From assembly GCA_964396185.1 (NCBI GenBank), contig CAYNEI010000006.1, positions 11,081 to 75,080 of the forward strand: 64,000 nt of DNA, written 5' to 3'. The notes under the pieces are model-generated. The model saw nothing but the letters and a program-made list of their open reading frames with translations, had not been told where the DNA came from and did not search any database. A program made the translations under genes and the position numbers. This document shows positions 51,314 to 61,100 of the stretch, in pieces. Within the stretch, counting starts at the first letter, position 1; each line of letters begins with the position of its first letter. Source of the DNA: an uncultured Thermoplasmatales archaeon. Its GTDB lineage: Archaea > Thermoplasmatota > SW-10-69-26.

Positions 51314-51529
51314 TCAGGAGAATGGGCCGGTGGCGTGCTTGTCGGGGTTGAAGCCCTGGTACTCGGAGCGATCCCAGGACTGCTTCTTGGGAGCGCTGCC
51401 GCCGCGCGCCCGGGAAGCCTTCTTCTTGTCGTAGCACGACTTACAGTAGACAGGGCGCCCTTTCGTGGGCTTGAACGGGACAGTCGTTTTCTTCTCGCAC
51501 GCAGAGCAAGTGACCTCGGTTTGGACCAT
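51314..51529 (-). CDS. CxxC-x17-CxxC domain protein
   Basis: CSAC-x17 (VPFKPTKGRPVY)-CKSC, basic tail. Confidence 0.9.
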   Translation of the reverse strand: MVQTEVTCSACEKKTTVPFKPTKGRPVYCKSCYDKKKASRARGGSAPKKQSWDRSEYQGFNPDKHATGPFS

Positions 51530-51678
51530 ACTTCCATCGACGGTCCAATCCTATAAGAGTGTATGGGTACGGCCAACGTGCCCGGTCGGACCCATTGGCC
51601 GTCCCTGAGCGCCATGTACGGCGGCGCTAGAGGGTGGTTGGAGGGACGGGGGGACTGCTGAGGCTGATAGCTAGCACA

Positions 51679-51731
51679 CCCAAAATCGAAGAGAAGGAAG
51701 GAGACGGTTCGCGCCCGCCGTCGGCGGGCGC
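51679..51731 (-). terminator. Putative terminator after EF-1alpha
   Basis: Perfect IR GCGCCCGCCG-T-CGGCGGGCGC (51711-51731) followed on the minus strand by a pyrimidine tract ending in TTTT. Confidence 0.5.
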
Positions 51732-51820
51732 TCCCGTACGTGGTCGAGGGCCGAGCGATCGGTCCTTGATCTCCAAATCTGCCCGGATCGGAGACCCGGG
51801 CACTCTGGACATCGACTGAG

Positions 51821-53080
51821 CTACCGGTCCTCGATCTCCAGACACATGCCAGCAGCGACGGTCTGGCCCATGTCACGGATCGCGAACCGGCTCATGTGCG
51901 GGTTGTCCTTGGTGGTCTCCAAGGCGACCGGGCGCGTCGGGCGGATCTTGACGATGCCGATGTCACCGGTCTTGAGGAAGTCCGGGGACTCCTCCTTGGT
52001 CTGGCCGGTCTTCGGGTCCTTCTTCTCAAGGAGCTCCTCGAACTGGCAGGCCACCTGGCTCGTGTGGATGTGGAACACCGGGGTGTAGCCGACCGCGATG
52101 ACGCTGGGGTGGTTGAGCACCGCGACCTGCGCCTTGAAGGTCTTGGCCACGCGCGGGGGGTCGTCCGGGTGACCGGCGACGTCGCCGCGGCGGATGTCCT
52201 TCTTGCCCACGCCTCGCACGTTGAACCCGATGTTGTCGCCGGGCTCGGCCTTCTCGTACTCCTCGTGGTGCATCTCGATGGACTTGCACTCGCCCGTGGA
52301 GTCCGAGGGCTGGAAGGTCAGCGTGTCGTTGAGCTTGAGGATACCCGTCTCGACACGACCGACCGGGACCGTACCGATGCCCGTGATGCTGTAGACGTCC
52401 TGGATCGGGATCCGGAGCGCCGTGTCCGTGGGCTTGGTGGGCTCTTCAAGGTTGTTGAGGGCCTCGAGCAGGGTGTTCTTGGCCCAGCCCATCTCGCCCT
52501 TCTTCGCGATGTTCTCGCCCTTGAGCGAGGAGATCGGGATGAAGGGGATGGTGTCGGCCTTGATGCCGACCATCTGGGCCAGCTTACCGACTTCCTCCTT
52601 GATCTTGTTGAACTTGGACTCGTCGTAGTCCACCATGTCCATCTTGTTGACGGCCACGATGAGCTGCGGGACACCGAGGGTGCGGGCCAGGAACATGTGC
52701 TCCTTGGTCTGGGCCATGACACCGTCGTTGGCTGCCACGACGAGGACCGCCGCGTCGGCCTGGCTGGTGCCGGTGATCATGTTCTTGACGAAGTCACGGT
52801 GCCCGGGAGCGTCGATGATCGTGAAGAAGTACTTGTCCGTGTCGAACTTCTTGTGGGCGATGTCGATGGTGACACCGCGCTCACGCTCCTCCTTCAGGTT
52901 GTCCATGACGTAGGCGAACTCGAAGCCGCCCTTGCCCTTCTCTTCTGCTTCCTGACGGAGCTTCTCGATCAGGTGCTCTGGGATGTGACCCGTCTCCAGC
53001 ATCAGCCGGCCGACCGTGGTGGATTTGCCATGGTCGACGTGACCGATGAAGACGATGTTAAGGTGGGGTTTGTCGGCCAT
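51821..53080 (-). CDS. tuf: Translation elongation factor EF-1alpha (archaeal)
   Basis: [66 protein letters not shown]; GGAGG RBS. Confidence 0.98.
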   Translation of the reverse strand: MADKPHLNIVFIGHVDHGKSTTVGRLMLETGHIPEHLIEKLRQEAEEKGKGGFEFAYVMDNLKEERERGVTIDIAHKKFDTDKYFFTIIDAPGHRDFVKNMITGTSQADAAVLVVAANDGVMAQTKEHMFLARTLGVPQLIVAVNKMDMVDYDESKFNKIKEEVGKLAQMVGIKADTIPFIPISSLKGENIAKKGEMGWAKNTLLEALNNLEEPTKPTDTALRIPIQDVYSITGIGTVPVGRVETGILKLNDTLTFQPSDSTGECKSIEMHHEEYEKAEPGDNIGFNVRGVGKKDIRRGDVAGHPDDPPRVAKTFKAQVAVLNHPSVIAVGYTPVFHIHTSQVACQFEELLEKKDPKTGQTKEESPDFLKTGDIGIVKIRPTRPVALETTKDNPHMSRFAIRDMGQTVAAGMCLEIEDR

Positions 53081-53287
53081 CGATACGTCCTCCGGTGTCT
53101 CTAAGCCCCCTGGAATCGGGGGAGTTGGCACAGGCATAAGGGGTCCCCTATATCAACGCTGCGGGCGAGCCGGTGGCAGTGGTGCTGGCCAAGGGTGCGC
53201 GCGGCTGCGCCGCGGGCTAGACCAGTCCCCCCCAGCGGCCGACAACCCTTTCCCATCTGGCCCCATGCTCCATCCGAGGCTGAGCTC

Positions 53288-54259
53288 TTGCCACCTAGGA
53301 CCACGATCGCGCTGCTTGCAGCCCTGGCCATGATCGCCACGCCGATGCTGCCAGCAAGCGCCCACAGCCCGGACGACCCCGACAAGTTCCACGCGATCCA
53401 CGAGGACCAACCGGACGCGGACACCTACATCGTGCGCTTCCGCGCCGACGAGGCGTTCAAGATCAAGAACGGCAGCCGACTCCACGTCACCGCCAGCTAC
53501 CCGTCCAACGCCTCGACCCAGGACATCGCTGGCATGCTGGGGGTCGTGCGCTACTTCAGCGGTTCGTGCTCGAGCTGCTTCATCTCCGCCTTCGGCGATA
53601 GCACCAAGGACGACCGCGACTACACCATCGAGACGCGTAGCCCCGCCACGTTGAGCGTGAGCAACGACCCGAACGGGAAGGCGGTTGCCAGCATGACGTG
53701 GAGCATCCTGTGGAACCAGGACGCCTTCTTCGAGGGTCCCGGGTCCGGCGCATCCCAGGTCACCTACCGGATCTTCTTCACCATCCCTACCGCCACCGAT
53801 CTGCGCGTGGACATGCACATGCACACGAACAAGCCCATCGAGCTCGTCGGCGACATCGCCCACGACGGCGGGTTCCTCTTCCGTGGCTCGGACTACCAGC
53901 CTGAGGCCTACCTGGACACAGCGGCCGGCTCGGCCACCCTGGACGGGGAGCGCATCGTCAACCTCCCCGACAACCCGGATGACCGGCTCTACGCTGTGCA
54001 CTCGCCCTCCTGGTACGGCACCAGCGGCCTGTTCGGCTCGATCTACGGCACCTACAACACTTTGGCGGTGGGCAACTACGGCGTCGAGTTCCCCGACGGG
54101 TCGATCAACGCCGGCACCGGCGTGGCCGCCTTCGGTCCCAGTGGGCCGCTGGTCCTCAACGCGCAGGACTCGGGGCCGTACCGGTTCTTCGTCGACGCCC
54201 ACGCCGGGCTTGGGCCCCAGGACATGTACACGGTCGGGTTCAAGGGCCCGCTCGGGTGA
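53288..54259 (+). CDS. Secreted hypothetical protein, family Y copy 1
   Basis: Signal IALLAALAMIATPMLPASA; collinear homology with the next gene; TTG start assumed. Confidence 0.75.
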   Translation: MPPRTTIALLAALAMIATPMLPASAHSPDDPDKFHAIHEDQPDADTYIVRFRADEAFKIKNGSRLHVTASYPSNASTQDIAGMLGVVRYFSGSCSSCFISAFGDSTKDDRDYTIETRSPATLSVSNDPNGKAVASMTWSILWNQDAFFEGPGSGASQVTYRIFFTIPTATDLRVDMHMHTNKPIELVGDIAHDGGFLFRGSDYQPEAYLDTAAGSATLDGERIVNLPDNPDDRLYAVHSPSWYGTSGLFGSIYGTYNTLAVGNYGVEFPDGSINAGTGVAAFGPSGPLVLNAQDSGPYRFFVDAHAGLGPQDMYTVGFKGPLG

Positions 54260-54320
54260 ACCTCCCGGCAAGCCAACGCTTTTTGCCTCCGAGGTCCCTG
54301 GCCACCTCGGAGGCAGCACG

Positions 54321-55418
54321 TTGGGCAAGGCAGTGATCCTGGCGTTGGCGTCGGTGCTCGTGGTCGGATCAGCCCCGTTGCTGCTCCCAGGGAGTCTGAG
54401 CCACACGAGCGGGCAGCCCCTGGCCATCGACCAGGTCACCACGCACGCGGGCGCGGACACGTACATGTTCAGCATCCTCGTGGAGGAGAGCGACGGCATC
54501 GCCTACCCCGCGCGCGATGGCTCTGACACCGTGCCCGGGTTCACCATCCGCAACGGCAGCTTCTTCAAGCTCACCGCGCGGCTCCCGAGCCTGGCTGCAG
54601 CCCAGGATATCGGGATCCTGGCCGGCGTGGTGCGCTTCGAGCGTGACGCGGACTGCCCGGGCTGTTTCATGGACATCTGTGAGGGGACGATCCGCTCTGG
54701 GTCCGGTGTTTTCATCAGCTCGGACAAGGCGTGCACGAGCTCAGCCAAGGACGATGGCGACGTGCGCCTGGGCATCTCGTCTACGGACATCACCCTCGAG
54801 GAGAACCACGTGGGACAGGGGGGCAACGGCACGGATGTGACCGTGCGCATAGACTGGGCTGGACGCCACGACCATCCGATCCCCGGCGACTCCGACCGCA
54901 TCAAGCTCCGCGTCTTCGTCTCGATCCCAGGGGCCACCGAGATCACCGCCCACACCCACATCCACAGCACCGAACCCATCACCGTCCACGACGACATCGC
55001 CCACGACGGCGGGTTCCTTCGCCACGGATCCGACTACCAGCCCGTGGTCCATGCCGATACGGTGGCAGCCTCGGCCATGGTGGCCGGCGAGACCGTTGTG
55101 ACCGTCCCCGAGAGCCCCGCCGGGCAGCGGATGTACGCCACCCAGGCGCCCTCCTGGTTCGGGACCACGGTTGTCAGCCCTCCGTTGTTCAACACGGTCG
55201 CGGTGCTAAGCCACAACACGCTGGCCGTCAGCGACCACGGCGTCGAGAAGCCCAACGGCAACATCCTCTCGACCACGAGCTACGCGGCGCTCGGGACCGG
55301 TGGCATCGACCTGGTCAGCGCGGAGCAGACCGGGGACTACCGGTTCTTCGTCAACGCGCACGCAGGGATCGGTCCCCAGGACCTGTTCGCCGTCGGGTTC
55401 GTAGGGCCTCTGGTCTGA
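54321..55418 (+). CDS. Secreted hypothetical protein, family Y copy 2
   Basis: GGAGG + TTG; signal VILALASVLVVG; shared DIAHDGGFL..GSDYQP and YRFFV.AHAG.GPQD...VGF.GPL. Confidence 0.75.
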   Translation: MGKAVILALASVLVVGSAPLLLPGSLSHTSGQPLAIDQVTTHAGADTYMFSILVEESDGIAYPARDGSDTVPGFTIRNGSFFKLTARLPSLAAAQDIGILAGVVRFERDADCPGCFMDICEGTIRSGSGVFISSDKACTSSAKDDGDVRLGISSTDITLEENHVGQGGNGTDVTVRIDWAGRHDHPIPGDSDRIKLRVFVSIPGATEITAHTHIHSTEPITVHDDIAHDGGFLRHGSDYQPVVHADTVAASAMVAGETVVTVPESPAGQRMYATQAPSWFGTTVVSPPLFNTVAVLSHNTLAVSDHGVEKPNGNILSTTSYAALGTGGIDLVSAEQTGDYRFFVNAHAGIGPQDLFAVGFVGPLV

Positions 55419-55506
55419 CAGCCACGCGGCCCGGCTTGGCTCCGATGCCGGCCACGGTAACACTTATGCTCGCGTCATGTCTGGTCCCACTGGGAGGTTC
55501 GACGTA

Positions 55507-56682
55507 ATGCAACGAGTTGTTACCACGTTCATCATCATCGCACTGTTAGGGGTCGCGATCCCCCAGACCATGGGATCGAGCATCGCACCCGTGGGGGCCA
55601 TCGCCAACGGGGACTTCGAGATCGGGCTCGTCCCGCGCGAGGTCGACCAGAACTTCCAGGACACCGCACTGGACACCTGCACCGGTGTCGGCCACCAGGC
55701 CATCTGGGGGACCGAGACGCTGCAAGCCGAGCTCGTCGGAACCACGCCGTTCCAGGCCGCAGGGCTCGCCCTGGAGCCCGCAGACCGCGCGACCGACGAC
55801 GACGCGTCCAACGACCCACCGGGCCCCACGGTCGACCGCGTCACAGATGGCGACCCGTCCAACGACCCGGAGCCCTCCGATGTCGCCGAGCCGGACCCTG
55901 AAGGCGCGGCTGACCGCTTCGTGGAGAACCCCGAGGACGAGGCCCTGTTCCTGGCAGGCTACGGCCACTGCGTCCACGGTGACGACACCGGCTACGACGC
56001 CGCGTGGATCGCGCCTGCTGGAGGCCAGGGCGGCCGAGCCGCCTTCTGGGGTGGCATGGGCCTGAGCGGATCTGGCGTCAGCGCGCCATCCTCGTCTGAG
56101 GCAGGCTTCGAGTTCGATGACAACCCGTTCGACCGTGAGGTGCGCGTGCTGGCTTGCTCGGACTGCTCGGGCCACAACTTCTGGCAGGTGAGCAACCGCC
56201 ACGTGGCCTACACCGGCAACTTCGATGCCTTCGAGTTCCGCGTTGAGGCCGGGGAGATCTCGGACACGGGCCGCGTCGTGATCTCGTTCAGCGACACCCC
56301 ACTCGGCACGCAATCCCCGTGGGCCGCCGGGTTCGTGCTCTGCGAGCTCAGCTTCCCCTTGAGCGCCATGGAGGCCACGCCCGATGAGAACGGGCTCGTT
56401 TCCGTGGATCCCCTGGACGGTGACTTCCGGTCCCTCTACTCGTCCTGCGACGACGACCAGGCGCTCTGGAACGACCAAGGCACCACGGCCGACGAGAAGC
56501 GCGAGATGCTCGGCCAGCTCCGGATCATCCAGACCAGCTTCTGGAACTTCCACGTGCCACCCAGCCAAGCCTCGGAGGACTGCGACTGCGCCATCGTCAT
56601 CGACGATGTCGCCATCGTGGGAGCCACCACCGCTGCTGAGGAAGCCGCCGCTGGCAACGTGGTCGTCGACCCCAGCGTCTGA
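55507..56682 (+). CDS. Secreted hypothetical protein, family X copy 2
   Basis: GGAGG + ATG; signal peptide; NGDFE, GHQ..WG.ET, ALFL.GYGHC, PFDREVR, EKREMLG. Confidence 0.8.
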   Translation: MQRVVTTFIIIALLGVAIPQTMGSSIAPVGAIANGDFEIGLVPREVDQNFQDTALDTCTGVGHQAIWGTETLQAELVGTTPFQAAGLALEPADRATDDDASNDPPGPTVDRVTDGDPSNDPEPSDVAEPDPEGAADRFVENPEDEALFLAGYGHCVHGDDTGYDAAWIAPAGGQGGRAAFWGGMGLSGSGVSAPSSSEAGFEFDDNPFDREVRVLACSDCSGHNFWQVSNRHVAYTGNFDAFEFRVEAGEISDTGRVVISFSDTPLGTQSPWAAGFVLCELSFPLSAMEATPDENGLVSVDPLDGDFRSLYSSCDDDQALWNDQGTTADEKREMLGQLRIIQTSFWNFHVPPSQASEDCDCAIVIDDVAIVGATTAAEEAAAGNVVVDPSV

Positions 56683-56842
56683 GCGGGGAACCACCGCCGG
56701 ACCCACCTGCGTGCGCGCTGATGCGCGCTTGCTCCCGGATCTGCTGATCCGGTGGCGAGCGCGGTCCGCGCACGCGCAGCCGCCCTCGCCACCGATGCGC
56801 TTATCAGCCAGCGGCGGTTTGGATGGACTGGGAGGCCGTTCC

Positions 56843-57991
56843 ATGAGCTCCAGCCTACGCACAGTTATCCTGCTGCCTCTGGCAGTCGCCAGTTTGTTGA
56901 TCGCCGGTGTTGCCCCTGCCATGGCCAGCCACGGAGGCCTGTCCAGTGCGACGGGTTTCGGCCCCGTGGTGAACGGGGACTTCGAGCTCTCGCCCGTGCC
57001 ACGCACATCGACCTCGGCTCTGGATAACACGCCTGCTGATGAGTGCGTTGGGATCGGGCACCAGGTCTTCTGGGGCTCGGAGACCGCCCAGGCCGACGCA
57101 ACGGACATCCGCCCAGCACCGGACATCATCGGTGCGGCCCTCTTCGAGCGGCTCACCAACGAGGACGCGGAGGACGACCCGCAGCCCGATCCCGCCGCGG
57201 CAGCCGACCGGGTGAGCTCCTCCCCGAGCGAGGAGGCCCTGTTCCTGTCCGGCTACGGTCACTGCGAGTTCTCCTCCCAGAAGGGACAGGACCAAGCCTG
57301 GGTCAACCCCGCCGGCGGTGGCGGTGCCACGGGTAACGAGAAGGCTCCGGGCTGGAGCAACACCGGGAACGACAACTCGCCCACCACGGCCGGGTTCTAC
57401 CACGATGATGACCCGTTCGACCGCGAGGTCCGCATCGTGGCCGACAGCTCGCTGGACAACCACAACATGTGGCAGAGCTTCGGTCCAAGCAACGCGTTCA
57501 CCGCGAACTTCGAGGCCCTCGAGTTCGACGTGGAGGCCGGCAGCATCCCCTCCTCAGCCAACGTCCAGCTCGCCCTGAGCGCCACACCCCTGGAGCGCCA
57601 GAACGGGGAGACTGTGGCTTTCTTCGGTTGCCAGCTCAACTTCCGGGAGGCCGCGCTCGTCCCCGACGACGATGGTCACGTCCGCGTGGACCCCACCATC
57701 GCTGATACGGCGGGCACCACCGGCGTCCAGTTCTTCGACAGGGGCGGCGACGATTGCGACGACATCCATGGCGCCTGGGACGACGCCACGACCCAGGAGA
57801 GGCGCGAGATGCTCGGCCGCCTCTCCATCGTCCAGATCAGCTTCAAGAACTTCAACCGGGGAGCGGATGACATGCTGCTCGACAACATCGCGCTGACCAG
57901 TGCGACCACGGTGGCCGAGGAGCTTGCCGTCCACGGCAACCTGCACGTCTGTCCGGACCCCGATGTGAGCGAGGTCGACTGTCCGAACTGA
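56843..57991 (+). CDS. Secreted hypothetical protein, family X copy 3
   Basis: GGAGG + ATG; signal peptide; same motifs as copy 2. Confidence 0.8.
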   Translation: MSSSLRTVILLPLAVASLLIAGVAPAMASHGGLSSATGFGPVVNGDFELSPVPRTSTSALDNTPADECVGIGHQVFWGSETAQADATDIRPAPDIIGAALFERLTNEDAEDDPQPDPAAAADRVSSSPSEEALFLSGYGHCEFSSQKGQDQAWVNPAGGGGATGNEKAPGWSNTGNDNSPTTAGFYHDDDPFDREVRIVADSSLDNHNMWQSFGPSNAFTANFEALEFDVEAGSIPSSANVQLALSATPLERQNGETVAFFGCQLNFREAALVPDDDGHVRVDPTIADTAGTTGVQFFDRGGDDCDDIHGAWDDATTQERREMLGRLSIVQISFKNFNRGADDMLLDNIALTSATTVAEELAVHGNLHVCPDPDVSEVDCPN

Positions 57992-58136
57992 AGGTCACCA
58001 ACCCGGGGCCCACCTGGCCGTCCACCCACGGTCGGCCGGGTTAACCTTATGGCCTCCCCGTCCGTCAGGGAACGGGGGGCCAGAGGGTTCTAGGACCCGG
58101 GAGGTGGCCCCACCACCGTACGCGGAGGCATTCCAC

Positions 58137-61100
58137 ATGACGCACCCAGGGGGGCAAGAGGACATCCAAGACGCTGGCAGCCCAGCTAGAGCCCAACGCA
58201 TCGGGCTCGTAGCCCTGCTCGCGCTAGCCACGCTCGCGATCCTGGTGATCGCAGCCGCACCCGCCAGCGCGGACACGGTTTCTGTCTGCCAGGACGAGAG
58301 CTGCGACCACGAGACCATCCAGGACGCCATCGACGCGGCCGCGCCCGGGGACACGATCCTCATCGGGACCGGCGTCTACAACGAGGCGATCCAGGTCGAC
58401 AAGGACGAGCTCACCCTCTGCCAGGCCGACGAGGCCTTCACCCAGTGCGGCTCCCAGCCCGGCGCCGTCGTCATCGACCCGCTCGGCAAGGCCCTCTACC
58501 CCGTGTTCATCGGAGACCTCCAAGCGCCCGTCTCGGACATCGTCCTCCAGGGCGTCACCGTCCAGAACCCTCTCTACGACACCGCGGACCAAGACTTCGG
58601 CACCGTCGACCCGAGCCTCGTGGTCATCTACGGCGACCGCGTGACCCTGCGCAACGCCATCCTCCAGGCCGCTGCTGCCCCCCTGGCGCCTGGGGAGAGC
58701 CGCTGGCACACCACCGGCGTGAACATCGGCCACACGCTGGACGGCGCCGAGGACCCCAGCGACGACATCGTCATCGAGGACGTCGTGATCCGAGATCTCC
58801 CCGCCTCCCAAGGCGCAGACAAGACCGTCTGCCCTGCAGCCCCCTGCCGCACCACGGCCATCAACAACTGGGGTGGAGGCGACGGGTTCACCGTGCGCGA
58901 CACCCTCATCGACCTCGGTGGCGGCGGGTGCGATCCCGCCGAAGCCCCGGACGGCCACTGTCGCACCACGGGTGCGACCCTGGGCATCCACGGCAGCGGC
59001 AACACGGACACCCTCATCGAGAACACGCGCATCGACGGTGGCCCCACCGGCGCTGATGCCACGCTTGGCGCAGGCGACGGGATCCGCGGCCACTTCCCCG
59101 ACAGCACGATCCGCGACAACGTCCTCACCGGCTGGGCGAGGCACGGCGCCATCGTTTGGGGTGCTGGCCTTACCGTCGAGGCCAACACGCTCCAGTTCAA
59201 CGGGGACGGTCTCAAGACGTGCGACGACCACCCCGCCATCATCCAGGACAACACCATCGAGCACGCCACCTTCGCGGCCATCGCCATCACCGAGTGCGGT
59301 GGCGGCGACGAGCCCGTTTTCCGTGGCAACCAGATGGGCCCGACCAACACCTTCGCCCTGCGCATCGAGTCCAGCGTGGTCGGCGAGACGTTCGATGCAC
59401 GGCTCAACGACTGGGGCGTGGTCGGCCGCGAGGCCATCGCCGAGCGCATCCAGGACCACGGCCAAGCCAACGCCGTGCTCCAGGTCCCCTACCTCGACGC
59501 CGCCGGCCAGGCCCACCCACCTCTGCCGGCGGTCCACTGTTTCGTGGACACGGACGGGGACGAGGCGCCCGACCGCCTGCACCTGGCCGGCCACGCCATG
59601 GACCTCCAGGCAGCCGTGGATGTGGACCTAACCACCCTGGACCCCGACTGCCGCGAGGGCCACCGGACCCTCGTGCTCTCCGAGGACGCCGAGGCCTACC
59701 GCGGCGCGGTCATCGACAAGAAAGTATCCCTCTTCAGCCAAGCCACCGGCCGCATGAACACCCTGACCGACGGGGCCGCCTCTGGCGGTGCCCGCATCCT
59801 GGCCGAGCCCGGCGCGCCCGCGCTCACGTTCCTGCCAGGCAGTGATGCGACCAACCCGGATCTGCCTGGACGCGACGGGAGCTTCGTCGACGGTCTCGCC
59901 CTCGAGCTGGCACCCGGAGCAACCGGCATCCTGGCCGACGGCCTGGACACCGACGGCCCATCCGTGGCCATCACGAACACGCGCTTGCTGGCCGGGCTGG
60001 ACGCCCACGCCACCACGGGCGTGCTTGCCCGCAACGGCGGCGGGCCCACGCTGGACAGCAACACCCTGCTGGGCATCGAACGGCCCATCATCTACGACGC
60101 CACGACCGGGGGCGCCATCGTCTCCAACCACATCGAGGCCAACGAGGACGTCCCCGGCTTGGGACGCACCTCCCAAGGCCTGCTCCTCCAGGACACCACG
60201 GATGCGCTGGTCTCGGGCAACACCATCGATGTCAACGGTCACCCGGCCTGGACCGGTGCGACCATCCGGGGCGGCGCCGAGGCCACCCTGGAGGACAACA
60301 CGATCACGCGGGGCACGCTTGGCATCAAGGCCACGGGCACCTCCAACGTGCAACTGGAGGCCAACACCGTGCTGGTCTCCAAGCTCGCCATCGATCTCAG
60401 CGGCGTGGAGGGTGCCACGGTCACCGACAACCGTCTCGAAGGGAGCGGTTTCCAGATCAACCCCGCCACACCCTCCTTCGGCGTCCACGTCCACGACGCC
60501 ACCTCCGACTGGGCGATCACCGGGAACGCGCTGTCCAACTGGGACTTCGCGGCCATCAACGTCGCATCGGACGCCGGACCTGGCGGGACCATCGACGCCA
60601 ACACCCTCACCGGCACCTGGCGCTTCGGCGTGCTCATCGGCCAGGCCGACGACGTCTCCATCACAGCCAACGACTTCACGGGCTCCGGGCTCAACGCCAT
60701 CAACCTCGAGCAGAGCACGGGCACGCTGGTGGAGGGCAACACGATCCGGCTTGACCTGGCCCCTGGCTTCGGCGCCCCCAACGCGCTGGACACGCCGGAG
60801 GCGTGCGGCGAGGAGCCCACGGAGGACTGCATCGGCGAGCCGGCTGCTGGCCTCTGGATCCAGGGCGCTCAGGACGCCGTGGTCCGAGCCAACAGCTTCG
60901 CCGGCAGCGTGGACGCCGTGGCGATCACGACGTTCTTCCACACCGAGCCACCCGTCCAGCCCAGCCTCGATGAGATGAGCGACAACCGGCTGCTCTCCAC
61001 GGCCGACAGCCTGCGCATCGGGGAGGATGTCCAGGAGCTCGATCTGGATGCACGCTCCAACGACTGGGGCGCCTACGAGTGCGCCGCGATCCGGGAACGC

